Below are positions 35,009 to 44,269 of a stretch of 64,000 bases of DNA, one piece after another. The position numbers and the translations under genes were made by a program. The notes below the pieces were generated by a model, which did no database searches, had not been told where the DNA came from, and saw only the letters and a list, made by a program, of their open reading frames with translations. This stretch comes from Candidatus Woesearchaeota archaeon (GTDB lineage: Archaea > Nanobdellota > Nanobdellia > Woesearchaeales > UBA10216): assembly GCA_016184345.1 (NCBI GenBank), contig JACPCV010000006.1, positions 64,065-128,064 of the forward strand, given 5' to 3'. Each line of letters starts with the position of its first letter. The stretch's first letter is position 1.

Positions 35009-35617
35009 TTACTTTCTGAACTTCCCTTCCATTATTATGTCCTTCAGCGGCTTTCTGGCGCTTGGGGCTTCCATCTCCTGAATTTCCTTTGGCAGGTCCT
35101 CTTTTCTGCCCTTCTTGCCAATGGCAATCATGCACTCAACATCATAATCCGCAGGGATTTCAAGCGCTATTCTCGCTTTTTCGTAGTCAAACCCTTCCAT
35201 GCCGTGCACTGCCAGCCCTCTCCTTGTTCCCTCAATGGCAAGGTTCTCCCAGGCTGCTCCTGTGTCAAAGTTGTGCGTCCTGGATGGCTTGCCGTTGTGC
35301 TCAAAGTCTTTTGAGGATACAACAACTACCAGCACTGCAGCGTTTTTCGCCCATCCCTTGTTGAAGTCTCCCATCAGCTCAAGGAATTTCTGCCAGTCTG
35401 CACTGTTCCTTTTGGCGTAGATAAACCTCCACGGCTGGTTGTTGTACGATGACGGCGCCCATCTTGCTGCCTCAAACAGGGGCATGAGCTCCTCGTCTGA
35501 AATTTCCTCTCCAGCCATTGCCCTTGGCGACCACCTGCCAAGTATCAACGGGTGGATTTCATGCTCCGTCTTCCTTTTTTCACTGACTTCCTTGGGTAGC
35601 TTTTCCATAACTATCAC
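35009..35617 (-). CDS. nitroreductase-family oxidoreductase
   Basis: RWSPRAM...LFEAARWAPSSYNNQPWRF pattern. Confidence 0.8.
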   Translation of the reverse strand: MIVMEKLPKEVSEKRKTEHEIHPLILGRWSPRAMAGEEISDEELMPLFEAARWAPSSYNNQPWRFIYAKRNSADWQKFLELMGDFNKGWAKNAAVLVVVVSSKDFEHNGKPSRTHNFDTGAAWENLAIEGTRRGLAVHGMEGFDYEKARIALEIPADYDVECMIAIGKKGRKEDLPKEIQEMEAPSARKPLKDIIMEGKFRK

Positions 35618-35635
35618 CTTGCCAATTGGCGCTTT

Positions 35636-35697
35636 ATATCGAGTGTCCGATACATAATGCTGTGCCCATATTTAAACATATCGGTTGTGCGACATAT
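35636..35697. promoter_or_regulatory. two copies of an operator-like motif ATATCG-N6/7-CGA(T/C)A in the nitroreductase/padR divergent promoter
   Basis: ATATCGAGTGTCCGATACAT (35636-35655) and ATATCGGTTGTGCGACATAT (35678-35697), 42 bp apart, interleaved with TATA-like boxes. Confidence 0.35.
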
Positions 35698-35751
35698 AAA
35701 TCTGGGCAGCTTTGATAAAAACTTAAATACTAGGCAGCTGTAGAAGCTGTC

Positions 35752-36078
35752 ATGGGAAACTGCTGCGACATGAGGGGGTTCCTGACTTTCACTGCGCTAA
35801 GGCTTATAGGCAAGAGGCCTATGTCCGGCGGGGAGCTTAGGCAGGAACTGGAAAGCAGGAAGGGCTCCAGGCCAAGCCCCGGCACTATTTACCCTGTCCT
35901 TAAAGCGATGAGAAAGTCAGGCTGGATTGAAGAGCTAAAATCCGGAAGCAAGGGCAGCAGCAAGGAAAAGAAATACAGGATCACGCCAAAGGGGAGGAAG
36001 GAGCTTGCTTCCGCAACGAAAAGGTTTGTGGCAATCTTCTCAGATATGAAGGGCGAGTTCAGGAAAATCAGGGCTTAG
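35752..36078 (+). CDS. PadR-family transcriptional regulator
   Basis: Winged-helix pattern MSGGELRQELESRKGSRPSPGTIYPVLKAMRKSGWIE. Confidence 0.8.
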   Translation: MGNCCDMRGFLTFTALRLIGKRPMSGGELRQELESRKGSRPSPGTIYPVLKAMRKSGWIEELKSGSKGSSKEKKYRITPKGRKELASATKRFVAIFSDMKGEFRKIRA

Positions 36079-36622
36079 CTATAACGGATTCAATGTCGTT
36101 GAGCATCTTGGGGAACTTCTTGAAATGGAAGTGTCCCGCGTTTTCCACTATTATGGCATCTGTCCCGAGGTTCTTTGCCAGCTCCTCGCCTTTCTGCATT
36201 GATACGATAAGATCATTGTCAGCGTTGTAAACAAGGAACTTTTTGCAGTTTGCTTTTATCCTGCTCCATTTGAAAGGTTTGTCAACAAATGTCTTTATCA
36301 GCGGCCTGAATTCATGGATGCCGAGGTCAGAGCAGAACCCTGCAACAAGAAAAGCAGCTTTTACCTTTGCCTTTGATTTTTCCAGCAGCCGCAGAATAAA
36401 TGCGGGGCCGATGCTCCTGCCGACAAATACTGATTCTTCATTGACGTATTGCCAGTACGGCTCAAATTCCCTGAGCCAATTGTCAAGCGTCTGCCCTAAT
36501 GGTGTTGGGAAGAAAGGTGCATAAGCCTTATGCCCTCTTTTCTCAAGCTCCTTCCTTAGCCACGGGTAGAAGCATTCGTCAGGGTTGCCTCCTGTGCTGT
36601 GGATGAAGATGAAGTTTGCCAC
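36068..36622 (-). CDS. alpha/beta hydrolase (YdeN/RBBP9-like serine hydrolase)
   Basis: 184 aa with FIFIHSTGGNPDECFYPWL; the nucleophile elbow looks like GRSIG; C-terminal AGHF. The 3' end overlaps padR by 11 nt. Confidence 0.55.
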   Translation of the reverse strand: MANFIFIHSTGGNPDECFYPWLRKELEKRGHKAYAPFFPTPLGQTLDNWLREFEPYWQYVNEESVFVGRSIGPAFILRLLEKSKAKVKAAFLVAGFCSDLGIHEFRPLIKTFVDKPFKWSRIKANCKKFLVYNADNDLIVSMQKGEELAKNLGTDAIIVENAGHFHFKKFPKMLNDIESVIAKP

Positions 36623-36628
36623 GACAAG

Positions 36629-37996
36629 TCACTTTATCAGCCGCTTAAGTATCTCAGTGACTTGCTGCGGAGTGGCTTTTCCCTTTGATTTCTTCATGAC
36701 AGCCCCAACGAGGAAGTTGAGCGCTTTTTCCTTGCCGCTCTTGTAGTCTGCAACCGCTGCCGGACTCTCAACTAGGGCCTCCTCGCAGTATTTTTCCAGC
36801 ACACCGGCTTCAGCAACCGCAAAGAGGTTGTTCCTCTTCACATATTCCTCGATGTCAAAGGGCTTTTCAACCAGCTTTTCAATTATGCCCTTGGCTGTTT
36901 CATCAGTTATCTTCCTGTTTTCAACAAGCTTTAGCAGCTGTATGATGTGCTTCTCGTCAATTTTTACTTCCTCCAGCTCTTTTTTGTTGTAGTTTAAGAC
37001 GCGCAGCAGCTCTCTCCTCAGCCACTTTGCTGCTAGTATCGGGTTCACTGCTGCAGCCACTTTTTCAAACAGCTCAGCCAGCAGGATTTCTGAACTTAAC
37101 ACCTCGGCATCAACATGGTCTATCTTCCACTTCTCTACATACCTCCTGATTTTGGCGGATGGCTTTTCCGGCAGCTTCTCTGCAATTTTTTTTATCTCTG
37201 CGGCGGTTACCTTTATGGCTGGCAGGTCCGGGTCCGGGATGAACATGTAGTCAACTGCTGTTTCCTTCTGCCGCATGAATACACTCATTCCTTCTGAATC
37301 GCGCCATGCCCTTGTCTCCATGGCAATCTTCCTGCCTTCCTTTGCCTCGCGCTGCTGCCTCGCTGTCTCATACTCTATCGCCCTTACTATGCTCCTGAAC
37401 GAGTTCACGTTTTTTATCTCAACCCTTTCAAACTCTGGGGCTACTGAAACGTTTACATCAGACTTTATTCCCAGGTCGGGGTTGACTGCCTTGATGTAGC
37501 TTAGTGTCGTAACCAGGCGGTGCAGCCACTGCCTTACCTCTTCTGCAGAGTTAAAGTCAGGCTTTGTGACAATTTCAACAAGCGGGTAGCCGCTCCTGTT
37601 GTAGTCAACCTTGCCAGTTTCTGGGTCCCACCTTGCAGGGTCTTCCTCGAGGTGTACTTCCTCAATTCCTATGCCGAGAAAGTTTCCTTCCTGCCCGACA
37701 GGGACAGAGTAGCTTCCTGACATGGTTCTCTGGTAGCCTGTTGGCATGTCCGGCCAGTCGTAATGTTTCCTTTGGAATATGAGCCGTTCATTTATGCGGC
37801 AGTCAAGAATGGCAGCAATGGCAATTATTTTGTCAATCGCTTCCCTGTTTGGCAGCATGGGCTTGCTTCCGGGCTGGCCGGTGCATACCGGGCAGATTGT
37901 GGTGTTTGGCTCTGCATCCGGCTCAATGGCGCAGTTGCAGAACAGCTTTACCTTGTTGTCCATGTTGAGGTAGCCGTGGATCTCCAGCCCTGCCAT
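36629..37996 (-). CDS. gatB: Asp/Glu-tRNA(Asn/Gln) amidotransferase subunit B
   Basis: N-terminal GLEIHGYLN...KLFCNC...CPVCTGQPGSKP and a C-terminal YqeY-like tail. The ATG at 37996 is preferred over the long ORF start. Confidence 0.9.
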   Translation of the reverse strand: MAGLEIHGYLNMDNKVKLFCNCAIEPDAEPNTTICPVCTGQPGSKPMLPNREAIDKIIAIAAILDCRINERLIFQRKHYDWPDMPTGYQRTMSGSYSVPVGQEGNFLGIGIEEVHLEEDPARWDPETGKVDYNRSGYPLVEIVTKPDFNSAEEVRQWLHRLVTTLSYIKAVNPDLGIKSDVNVSVAPEFERVEIKNVNSFRSIVRAIEYETARQQREAKEGRKIAMETRAWRDSEGMSVFMRQKETAVDYMFIPDPDLPAIKVTAAEIKKIAEKLPEKPSAKIRRYVEKWKIDHVDAEVLSSEILLAELFEKVAAAVNPILAAKWLRRELLRVLNYNKKELEEVKIDEKHIIQLLKLVENRKITDETAKGIIEKLVEKPFDIEEYVKRNNLFAVAEAGVLEKYCEEALVESPAAVADYKSGKEKALNFLVGAVMKKSKGKATPQQVTEILKRLIK

Positions 37997-38101
37997 TATT
38001 TTGCGGCTCGTTTTCCCCTTCCCGGCAGCTGCTGATAACTGTTGCATAGGCAAAGCCGTGTTGCGAACGTTTTTATACTTTTCCTAAACAGCATTTGAAC
38101 T

Positions 38102-39109
38102 ATGGTAAACTGTTGCAGCCGCATGACCTTTTTGGGAAACCAAATCGCTGTTGCGATTGGTCCCGTCGTCCTAGACGACGTGGAAAGGTCAATCAAAAAA
38201 CGTTGCAGTGAGCCAGCCGTAATCAGCGTTAGGCAGCCGCTTTGCAAGAGCCACTTTATCAGAGATTTTGAGTCAAGGGTGGCAGCGACAATAAAGAAAT
38301 ATAAATTAATCAGCAAAAAAGACAGGATTGTTGTTGCCTGCAGCGGCGGAAAGGATTCTACCGCCATCCTTTACCTGCTGAATAAGTGGTTTGGCAACGT
38401 CACAGCACTGGCGATTGATGAGGGCATCCCTGGCTACCGCAATCTCACACTGGAAGACCTCCGCAACTTTTGCGGCCGCAGCGATATTCCGCTAAAAGTT
38501 TTATCATACAAGAAAGCATTTGGCTTTTCGCTGCACGAGGCGCTCAGGAAGGTTACAGTCCTGCCGTGCAACATCTGCGGCACTTTGCGAAGATACCTTC
38601 TCAATTCCGGGGCAAGGGGCTTCACAAAAATCGCTACCGGCCACAACCTTGATGACGAGGCCCAGTCAATCATGATGAACTTTTTCAAGGGCAATCTTGG
38701 GCTTGCTGCACGCCTGGGCCCAATTTCAGGCGTTGTTGAGGACGAAAAGTTTGTTCCGAGGATAAAACCGTTGTATTTCTGCTATGAAAAGGAAGTGGCT
38801 GCCTACGCCTTTCTAAAGAAATTCGGCATCCGCTTCAACGAGTGCCCCCACGCGAGTGTTTCTTTCAGGGCTTCTGTGAGGGACTTCCTCAACGGTTTGG
38901 AGCAGGAGCAGCCAGGGACAAAGCAGAATATTGTCAGTAACTTCCTTCGGCTGCTGCCCAAGCTGAAAAAGAGATACGCCGCATCAGCCAGCATCAGCCA
39001 CTGCAGCACCTGCGGCGAGCCTGCAAGCAACGGGCTGTGCAAGGCATGCAGTTACGTCAATTCGCTGAGGGAGTCGCTGCAGGTTAAATCATTTAGAAAA
39101 TCGTTTTAA
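38102..39109 (+). CDS. tRNA 2-thiolation ATP-pyrophosphatase (TtuA/Ncs6/TtcA-like)
   Basis: PP-loop VACSGGKDS, GHNLDDEAQS and a C-terminal zinc ribbon CSTCGEPASNGLCKAC. Confidence 0.8.
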   Translation: MVNCCSRMTFLGNQIAVAIGPVVLDDVERSIKKRCSEPAVISVRQPLCKSHFIRDFESRVAATIKKYKLISKKDRIVVACSGGKDSTAILYLLNKWFGNVTALAIDEGIPGYRNLTLEDLRNFCGRSDIPLKVLSYKKAFGFSLHEALRKVTVLPCNICGTLRRYLLNSGARGFTKIATGHNLDDEAQSIMMNFFKGNLGLAARLGPISGVVEDEKFVPRIKPLYFCYEKEVAAYAFLKKFGIRFNECPHASVSFRASVRDFLNGLEQEQPGTKQNIVSNFLRLLPKLKKRYAASASISHCSTCGEPASNGLCKACSYVNSLRESLQVKSFRKSF

Positions 39110-39499
39110 TTCCTGCTCAAGTTTCTCAGCAAGGTCATCAAAATTTTCATATCGGATTACCTTTCGCAAATTAGGAATCCCAAGGACCATGGCTGAAACA
39201 TCAGCTCCCTCTTTGGCTAATGCGATAATAGGGATTTTGTTCTCGTAACCCATCTGGAGTTCCATGCCAACGCCATGTGAAGGGCTGGAAACTTCAGCTA
39301 TGAACAGGCTGCATTTTGAGATGGTTTGGATTGTCCTGTCATAAAAGTCTTTCGGGCTTTCTTTGGAACCCCAGAAGTCTGGATAAGTGCCGATGACCCT
39401 GTCGAAGAATTTGGAGCAAATCTTCATTAAGAGCTTGTAAACCGGAAGGTAATCCTGGCCGTGTACGGTAATCGGGCCGAATACGTAAACGCTCTTCAT
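39089..39499 (-). CDS. nucleoside 2-deoxyribosyltransferase-like protein
   Basis: 136 aa; VYVFGPI...SLFIAEVSSPSHGVGMELQMG pattern of the PF05014-like fold. The 3' end overlaps the TtuA-like gene by 21 nt. Confidence 0.5.
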   Translation of the reverse strand: MKSVYVFGPITVHGQDYLPVYKLLMKICSKFFDRVIGTYPDFWGSKESPKDFYDRTIQTISKCSLFIAEVSSPSHGVGMELQMGYENKIPIIALAKEGADVSAMVLGIPNLRKVIRYENFDDLAEKLEQELKRFSK

Positions 39500-39566
39500 A
39501 AGTTATTTGTTTTCTGCATAATATAAAAATGCTTCCTATCCTGCGGCAATCTTCAAAGGCGGGAGC

Positions 39567-40028
39567 ATGCAAAAATTTAAAAAGAAAGTTGATTCTCCAT
39601 CCATCATGAATCTCCTCAGCAGGCTGCAAGCGGAAAGAAGTAAATTTATTCGGAATAACCATGGCAGTGGTCTTGGATTTCACTGCGGCGATTATATTGC
39701 CTCTCTTCCTTCGCCAGAAAAAGACCTTTCGCCAAGAGAAAAGCGTTATCTTACGAAAAATGTTAAGCAGATTTTAACGAACGCAGGAGCAACAGATGAA
39801 CAGCACGCAATAACTGTTAGTGACATTGCAGACAAACTTGGACCGGTAAGTATCGGAACCCAAGTTTCCCTTAGGCCTAGGTTCTTTCCAGGCGAAGGCC
39901 TTTCTTATTTCAGGCCGTTTGATCTGGCATATCATGGCGCCATGGATTTGGTTATTGAAGGGAAAGCAACCATGATTCAGCAAGAAGGCTTTTCTTACTA
40001 CCTGACAGCTTCTCCTGTCAAGTCTTAA
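39567..40028 (+). CDS. hypothetical protein (153 aa)
   Basis: ATG ORF preceded by TATA-like AATATAAAAA; no motif recognised. Confidence 0.45.
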   Translation: MQKFKKKVDSPSIMNLLSRLQAERSKFIRNNHGSGLGFHCGDYIASLPSPEKDLSPREKRYLTKNVKQILTNAGATDEQHAITVSDIADKLGPVSIGTQVSLRPRFFPGEGLSYFRPFDLAYHGAMDLVIEGKATMIQQEGFSYYLTASPVKS

Positions 40029-40080
40029 TGAAGTTGATGGCAAAGTTTTATATACTAAAAAACGCGGTTTCTGCCGCAGT

Positions 40081-42486
40081 ATGAAAAAGAGGCATCTTAG
40101 GCTGTTTTTAGCTGCGGCTTTTGTTTTAGTGGCCCTGTCGTTTTTCGCTGCCGCTGCTGCGGCAACAGTTACCATAACTGAGCCGAAATTCGGGGTTGCG
40201 AACCAGTCAATGTTCAACGTTACTGTAACCAGCTCTGCTGCCGCAACGTGCAGGTACAGCACGCCTTTCGAGAAGCCGTTTGCAGAGATGTCTCCTTTCA
40301 CTGAGACAGGCGCAGCAACTCATAAGCTGAAGGACTTCAATCCGCAAATCAGCGGCGTGTTCAAGTTCTTTGTGGAATGCTCAAATGCTGAGAAGGGGAA
40401 TTTTGAGCTCTCGGTTGACACTTCCCCTCCCCTTATCACGCGCGCTGTGGCCATTCCTTCAACAGTCATAGAGTTCCCGCTGGAAGCAACGCTTGTTGTT
40501 GAAACCAATGAGAACGCAACGTGCAAGTATAATGGCCTGGACTCTGCCACATATGACTCCATGCTCACGTTCTTCAAGGCACCTAACGCTGACCAGCTCA
40601 AGGACAACTACGAGAACTACCACGAAAGCAAGGTCACAGGGCTTTCTGACAAAACATCTTACACATACAACATCACCTGCCGCAACCTGGCGCAGCTGGC
40701 GTCACCAGTTTCCAAAATTACATTCAACGCTGATACCACCGTAGCACCTGTTATCGCAGAAATAAAGCCTGCAAGCGGCTTTGCCACAACCTCAAAGGAA
40801 GTTAACTTATCAGTTACCACCAACAAGAAGTCTGTCTGCAGCTATGGCAACACCACTGAGTATAGGGAAAGCACTGGGAATTTCTCGCTGCTTACAGTGA
40901 ACCACCAGGCTACTCTCACGCTTGAGCCGCGCCAGCACAAGTATTATGTCAAGTGCCTGTTTGAGGGCCCAAGGGAAGTCCTTGGTGAAACCTCTTTTGC
41001 TGTGGATGATACCGCTCCTTCAGCCCTGTCAATAAACGACTTACAGGGCCTTAGCGGCGTTGATGAAGGCTACACCTATTACCTTGACCGCCTGAATGTA
41101 AAATTCGTGTCTGAGGACAAAGAAAGCGGGATTGACTTTTATAACTACACGATAATTGAGGACTCAACCGGCAAGGCAGTCCAGGGCTGGACAATCGCCA
41201 AGGACAGCATTATAACCGCGAAGGAACTCAAATTGAAGGACGGCGAGCGATACTATGTGCAGGCCTACGCGCAGAACAGGGCAGGCCTTAGGACAGAAAC
41301 AGTGCGCAGTTCCGGAGTTATTGTGAACGTGCTGCTTAACACGGCATACGCCTGCAGCGACAAGTTGAAGGACGGTGATGAAAGCGATGTTGACTGCGGA
41401 GGGAGCTGCAGCAGTAAATGCCCGAACGGCAAAGCCTGCACTTCCGGTCCTGACTGCAAAAGCGCTTATTGCGTTAGCGGCGCTTGCAAGGCAGGCAGCT
41501 GCACTGACAGCTACATGAACCAGGACGAGAGCGATGTTGATTGTGGCGGAAGCTGCAGCGCTAAATGCGACATAGGCAGCAGTTGCAAAAAGAACAGCGA
41601 CTGCGGAACATCATTGTGCACTGAGGGAATATGCGTTGCTGAGGGGCCGTGCTCAAACAGCCGCCTTGACGAAGGCGAGACTGACATTGATTGCGGGGGA
41701 TTGTGCGTTGATGTTAAAGGCAAAAAGTGCTCACTCGGCCAGAAGTGCATTGAGAATTCCGACTGCATGATGGGGATTTGCGGCCCGGTTGGCAAGTGCG
41801 CTAACCAGAACGACCTGGACACTGATGGCGTGCTCAATGACCGGGACAACTGCCCTGAAGCTCCAAATAAGGACCAGAAGGATACTGACGAGGACAAGGC
41901 AGGGGATGCCTGCGACAAGGACAATGACAATGACGGCATGCCTGATGAGTGGGAAATCAAGTATGGCCTTAACCCGCTTGACAGCAGCGACGCGCTTGTT
42001 GACCTTGACGGGGATGGCCTGAGCAACCTTGAAGAGTTCAAGGCAGGCGCCAGCCCTAAGAAAAAGGACACTGACAATGACGGTGCTGACGATGGGAAGG
42101 AAGTCAAGGCCGGCTCTGACCCCAAGGATCCGAAGTCAAAGCCGAGAGGCAGCTTTGTCGCAAAGGCAACATTCTTCCTCGTTATAATAGCGCTGGTAAT
42201 GTTCGCTGCCATGGCCCTTCTTTCATTCCTTAGGAACATGAAAGGCAAAGGTGAAGACAACCTTCCGCCATTAAGGCACTCTCCAGGCAGGAAAACACCA
42301 CCTCCCCAGCTTCAACAGAGAACTCAAGAAGCCGCTCCCACTCATCACCCGCTGCAGGATCAGCCTGAGCAGCCAGCCCATCACCGCTCCCCGCACACTG
42401 TCTTTGATGACCTTGAGCGGACATACTCACAGCTTAGCGGCGAAGAGCTGTTTGAGCATTTAAGGAGAAAAACAGGAAGAAAGTAA
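40081..42486 (+). CDS. secreted, membrane-anchored surface protein with Ig-like modules, Cys-rich repeats and thrombospondin type-3-like Ca-binding repeats
   Basis: Signal peptide. Three modules with conserved Cys (ATCRYS, ATCKYN, SVCSYG). Three ~48-aa repeats E(S/T)D(V/I)DCGG.C. D-x-D-x-D-G runs (DTDGVLNDRDNCPE...DKDNDNDGMPDEWE...DLDGDGLSNLEE...DTDNDGADDG). C-terminal TM helix and Pro/Gln-rich tail. Confidence 0.85.
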   Translation: MKKRHLRLFLAAAFVLVALSFFAAAAAATVTITEPKFGVANQSMFNVTVTSSAAATCRYSTPFEKPFAEMSPFTETGAATHKLKDFNPQISGVFKFFVECSNAEKGNFELSVDTSPPLITRAVAIPSTVIEFPLEATLVVETNENATCKYNGLDSATYDSMLTFFKAPNADQLKDNYENYHESKVTGLSDKTSYTYNITCRNLAQLASPVSKITFNADTTVAPVIAEIKPASGFATTSKEVNLSVTTNKKSVCSYGNTTEYRESTGNFSLLTVNHQATLTLEPRQHKYYVKCLFEGPREVLGETSFAVDDTAPSALSINDLQGLSGVDEGYTYYLDRLNVKFVSEDKESGIDFYNYTIIEDSTGKAVQGWTIAKDSIITAKELKLKDGERYYVQAYAQNRAGLRTETVRSSGVIVNVLLNTAYACSDKLKDGDESDVDCGGSCSSKCPNGKACTSGPDCKSAYCVSGACKAGSCTDSYMNQDESDVDCGGSCSAKCDIGSSCKKNSDCGTSLCTEGICVAEGPCSNSRLDEGETDIDCGGLCVDVKGKKCSLGQKCIENSDCMMGICGPVGKCANQNDLDTDGVLNDRDNCPEAPNKDQKDTDEDKAGDACDKDNDNDGMPDEWEIKYGLNPLDSSDALVDLDGDGLSNLEEFKAGASPKKKDTDNDGADDGKEVKAGSDPKDPKSKPRGSFVAKATFFLVIIALVMFAAMALLSFLRNMKGKGEDNLPPLRHSPGRKTPPPQLQQRTQEAAPTHHPLQDQPEQPAHHRSPHTVFDDLERTYSQLSGEELFEHLRRKTGRK

Positions 42487-42492
42487 TTTTTC

Positions 42493-42837
42493 TTAAGCGC
42501 ATCTTCCGCCAACGCATCCTGCTGGGCAGTCGTAGAACTCAACCTGGGGCTCGCTTCCTACGCAGTAATATTCTATGAGCGTGCTTCCCTGGCATACATC
42601 ATCCTTTGGCTGCTCGCCATTGGCAGCGAAAAGCTGGGCATAAGTTGTGCCCTGGACGCCGTAGTCCCTGTTGTCTGAGTCAAAGCAGCTGACATCCTGC
42701 TGCGAGAGTTTCTGTTCAGAAACAACAAGGCCTGTTACGCTGTTGGCTGAGAACGCGCCCTGGCTCAGGCCATCAAAGGCATACAATGCCCCGATTGCAA
42801 TCATGATGAAGGTAAGAACCTTCAGTTTCTCTTCCAT
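42493..42837 (-). CDS. small secreted Cys-containing protein (114 aa)
   Basis: N-terminal hydrophobic signal/anchor (VLTFIMIAIGALYAF) and a C-terminal Cys pattern C..(x)..YYC...YDCPAGCVGGRC. Confidence 0.5.
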   Translation of the reverse strand: MEEKLKVLTFIMIAIGALYAFDGLSQGAFSANSVTGLVVSEQKLSQQDVSCFDSDNRDYGVQGTTYAQLFAANGEQPKDDVCQGSTLIEYYCVGSEPQVEFYDCPAGCVGGRCA

Positions 42838-42913
42838 GCGGTAACAATTGCCCCTGCTCCTTTTAAGAATTATTATTCTGCAGAATATAGATGACTTTGA
42901 CGAAGAAGACCAA

Positions 42914-42933
42914 GATAATCAAAGTTGTCTATA
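42914..42933. repeat. half-site copy of the hairpin-1 arm motif (GATAATCAAAGTTGTCTATA)
   Basis: Matches the reverse complement of 16569-16588 / 52347-52366 (GATAATCGAAGTTGTCTATA) with one mismatch. Sits 10 nt downstream of the UPF0175 gene stop. Confidence 0.5.
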
Positions 42934-42942
42934 GGTGAGCTG

Positions 42943-43245
42943 TCACTTCTTCAGCCGTTCAGCTGTTCTTCTGCTTGTTTCGTACGCCTGTTCAGTATGC
43001 GACGCTTTTGCTTTGCGCTTTTGCGCAAGCATCAGGACATCATGCACGCTTTTATTAAGCGCCTCAGCCGCCTTTCCAAGCGATATTCTTCCCTCTCCGT
43101 AAAGTTTCAAGACATAATCTTCCACTCCCTGATAGAGGAGTTGCCTGGCGGCTGTGCTCTTGTCTACATAGTCCTCCCTCGCCTTAAATTCTATTATGGG
43201 AAATACGTTCTCGTCTATCCTTAACGGGTAAGCTTTGGTTGTCAT
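42943..43245 (-). CDS. UPF0175-like antitoxin
   Basis: 100 aa; ...LLYQGVEDYVLKLYGEGRISLGKAAEALNKSVHDVLMLAQKR resembles UPF0175 proteins paired with PIN/DUF3368 genes. Confidence 0.6.
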   Translation of the reverse strand: MTTKAYPLRIDENVFPIIEFKAREDYVDKSTAARQLLYQGVEDYVLKLYGEGRISLGKAAEALNKSVHDVLMLAQKRKAKASHTEQAYETSRRTAERLKK

Positions 43246-43251
43246 CTTTTT

Positions 43252-43746
43252 CTACGCCTCCAGTTCTTTGCCAGCTCTTGCATATTGCCCATCATCAATG
43301 AATGGCTTAAGATTTTCAAGCATTTTCTTCGCTGCATCCTTGCTTAACTCCTTTGACTTCGCCAGCAAAACAATAAAATCCGCCGGCAGCAAAAAAGGGG
43401 TGCCCTCCTGCAGCATTAAAGCAATGAACTGCTTATCATCGCTAAGTACGGCTGCCGCCCTGAGCTCTGTAAAGGCCTGTTTTGCCGCAAGCTCCCCCTT
43501 GCCAAGCCGCTCATCCACGCCAGTACCGCTCTTTTGCTTCTCATTGCCGTATAGGGCCACAATGTTTTCCTTGACAAGCTTCTCTGCCGTGAACGCATCC
43601 TGGTGCATGCCTTTCTTGCCTTCTGTGACGACTTCTTCAAAGACCTCCTGTGGTATTACGAGCTTGAAGCCTCGCAGCGCCCCAAACAGGATTTTAGCTT
43701 TTACGAGCTTTATAAACCCGTCTGAATCCAAGACGATTTTATACAT
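43252..43746 (-). CDS. PIN-like (DUF3368-type) putative toxin
   Basis: 164 aa starting MYKIVLDSDGFIKL; 6-nt gap to the UPF0175-like gene downstream in the same operon. Confidence 0.55.
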   Translation of the reverse strand: MYKIVLDSDGFIKLVKAKILFGALRGFKLVIPQEVFEEVVTEGKKGMHQDAFTAEKLVKENIVALYGNEKQKSGTGVDERLGKGELAAKQAFTELRAAAVLSDDKQFIALMLQEGTPFLLPADFIVLLAKSKELSKDAAKKMLENLKPFIDDGQYARAGKELEA

Positions 43747-43965
43747 TTTGATACAAAAAGATACAGAAGTATTTAAATTTTACTGCTGCGCCCTGGCGCA
43801 GGAGCAATGAACAGGCAGTTCGGCGTAAGCCCGCATCATCATAAAATTTATATACCTGCTTGCAGAGTGATAGCAGACAGCAAACAATGCATGCCCAGGA
43901 GGCAGGAAACTCAGGAGTATGCATTTTTTATTTTTTGGACTAAAGTCAAGAGAGGTGTGCACAGT

Positions 43966-44259
43966 ATGTTATCAACCAAGAAAGCCCAGGGCATGTCATT
44001 AAACACAGTAATCATAGCCATAATCGTCCTTGTCGTGCTCGTTGTGCTCGTTATGATTTTCACAGGATACTTCGGGAAGGTGTTCACTCCAACGGTTGCG
44101 AGTTGCCAGTCAGCTGGTGGAACGTGCGCTGATAGCTGCGGTAATGACGAGTCAGGAAGACCAATTGGTGTAGTTAGCGGGGCAAAGTGTTTAGATGATA
44201 AAGGTAAGGTGACCACTCAGAAATGCTGCCAGCGCCCAGAGTCAGGATTATTTACCTAA
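43966..44259 (+). CDS. small Cys-rich protein with class III (archaeal pilin-type) signal peptide
   Basis: MLSTKKAQGMSLNTVIIAIIVLVVLVVLVMIF then a Cys-rich ~55-aa domain. GAGGTG 8 nt upstream of the ATG at 43966. Confidence 0.6.
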   Translation: MLSTKKAQGMSLNTVIIAIIVLVVLVVLVMIFTGYFGKVFTPTVASCQSAGGTCADSCGNDESGRPIGVVSGAKCLDDKGKVTTQKCCQRPESGLFT

Positions 44260-44269
44260 AAGGCTGAAG

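Noticed and set aside
41511-42260. 249-aa minus-strand ORF inside the TSP3-repeat surface protein gene
   Set aside because: Ser/Leu/Pro-rich low-complexity translation of the complement of the Asp-rich repeats; a shadow ORF.
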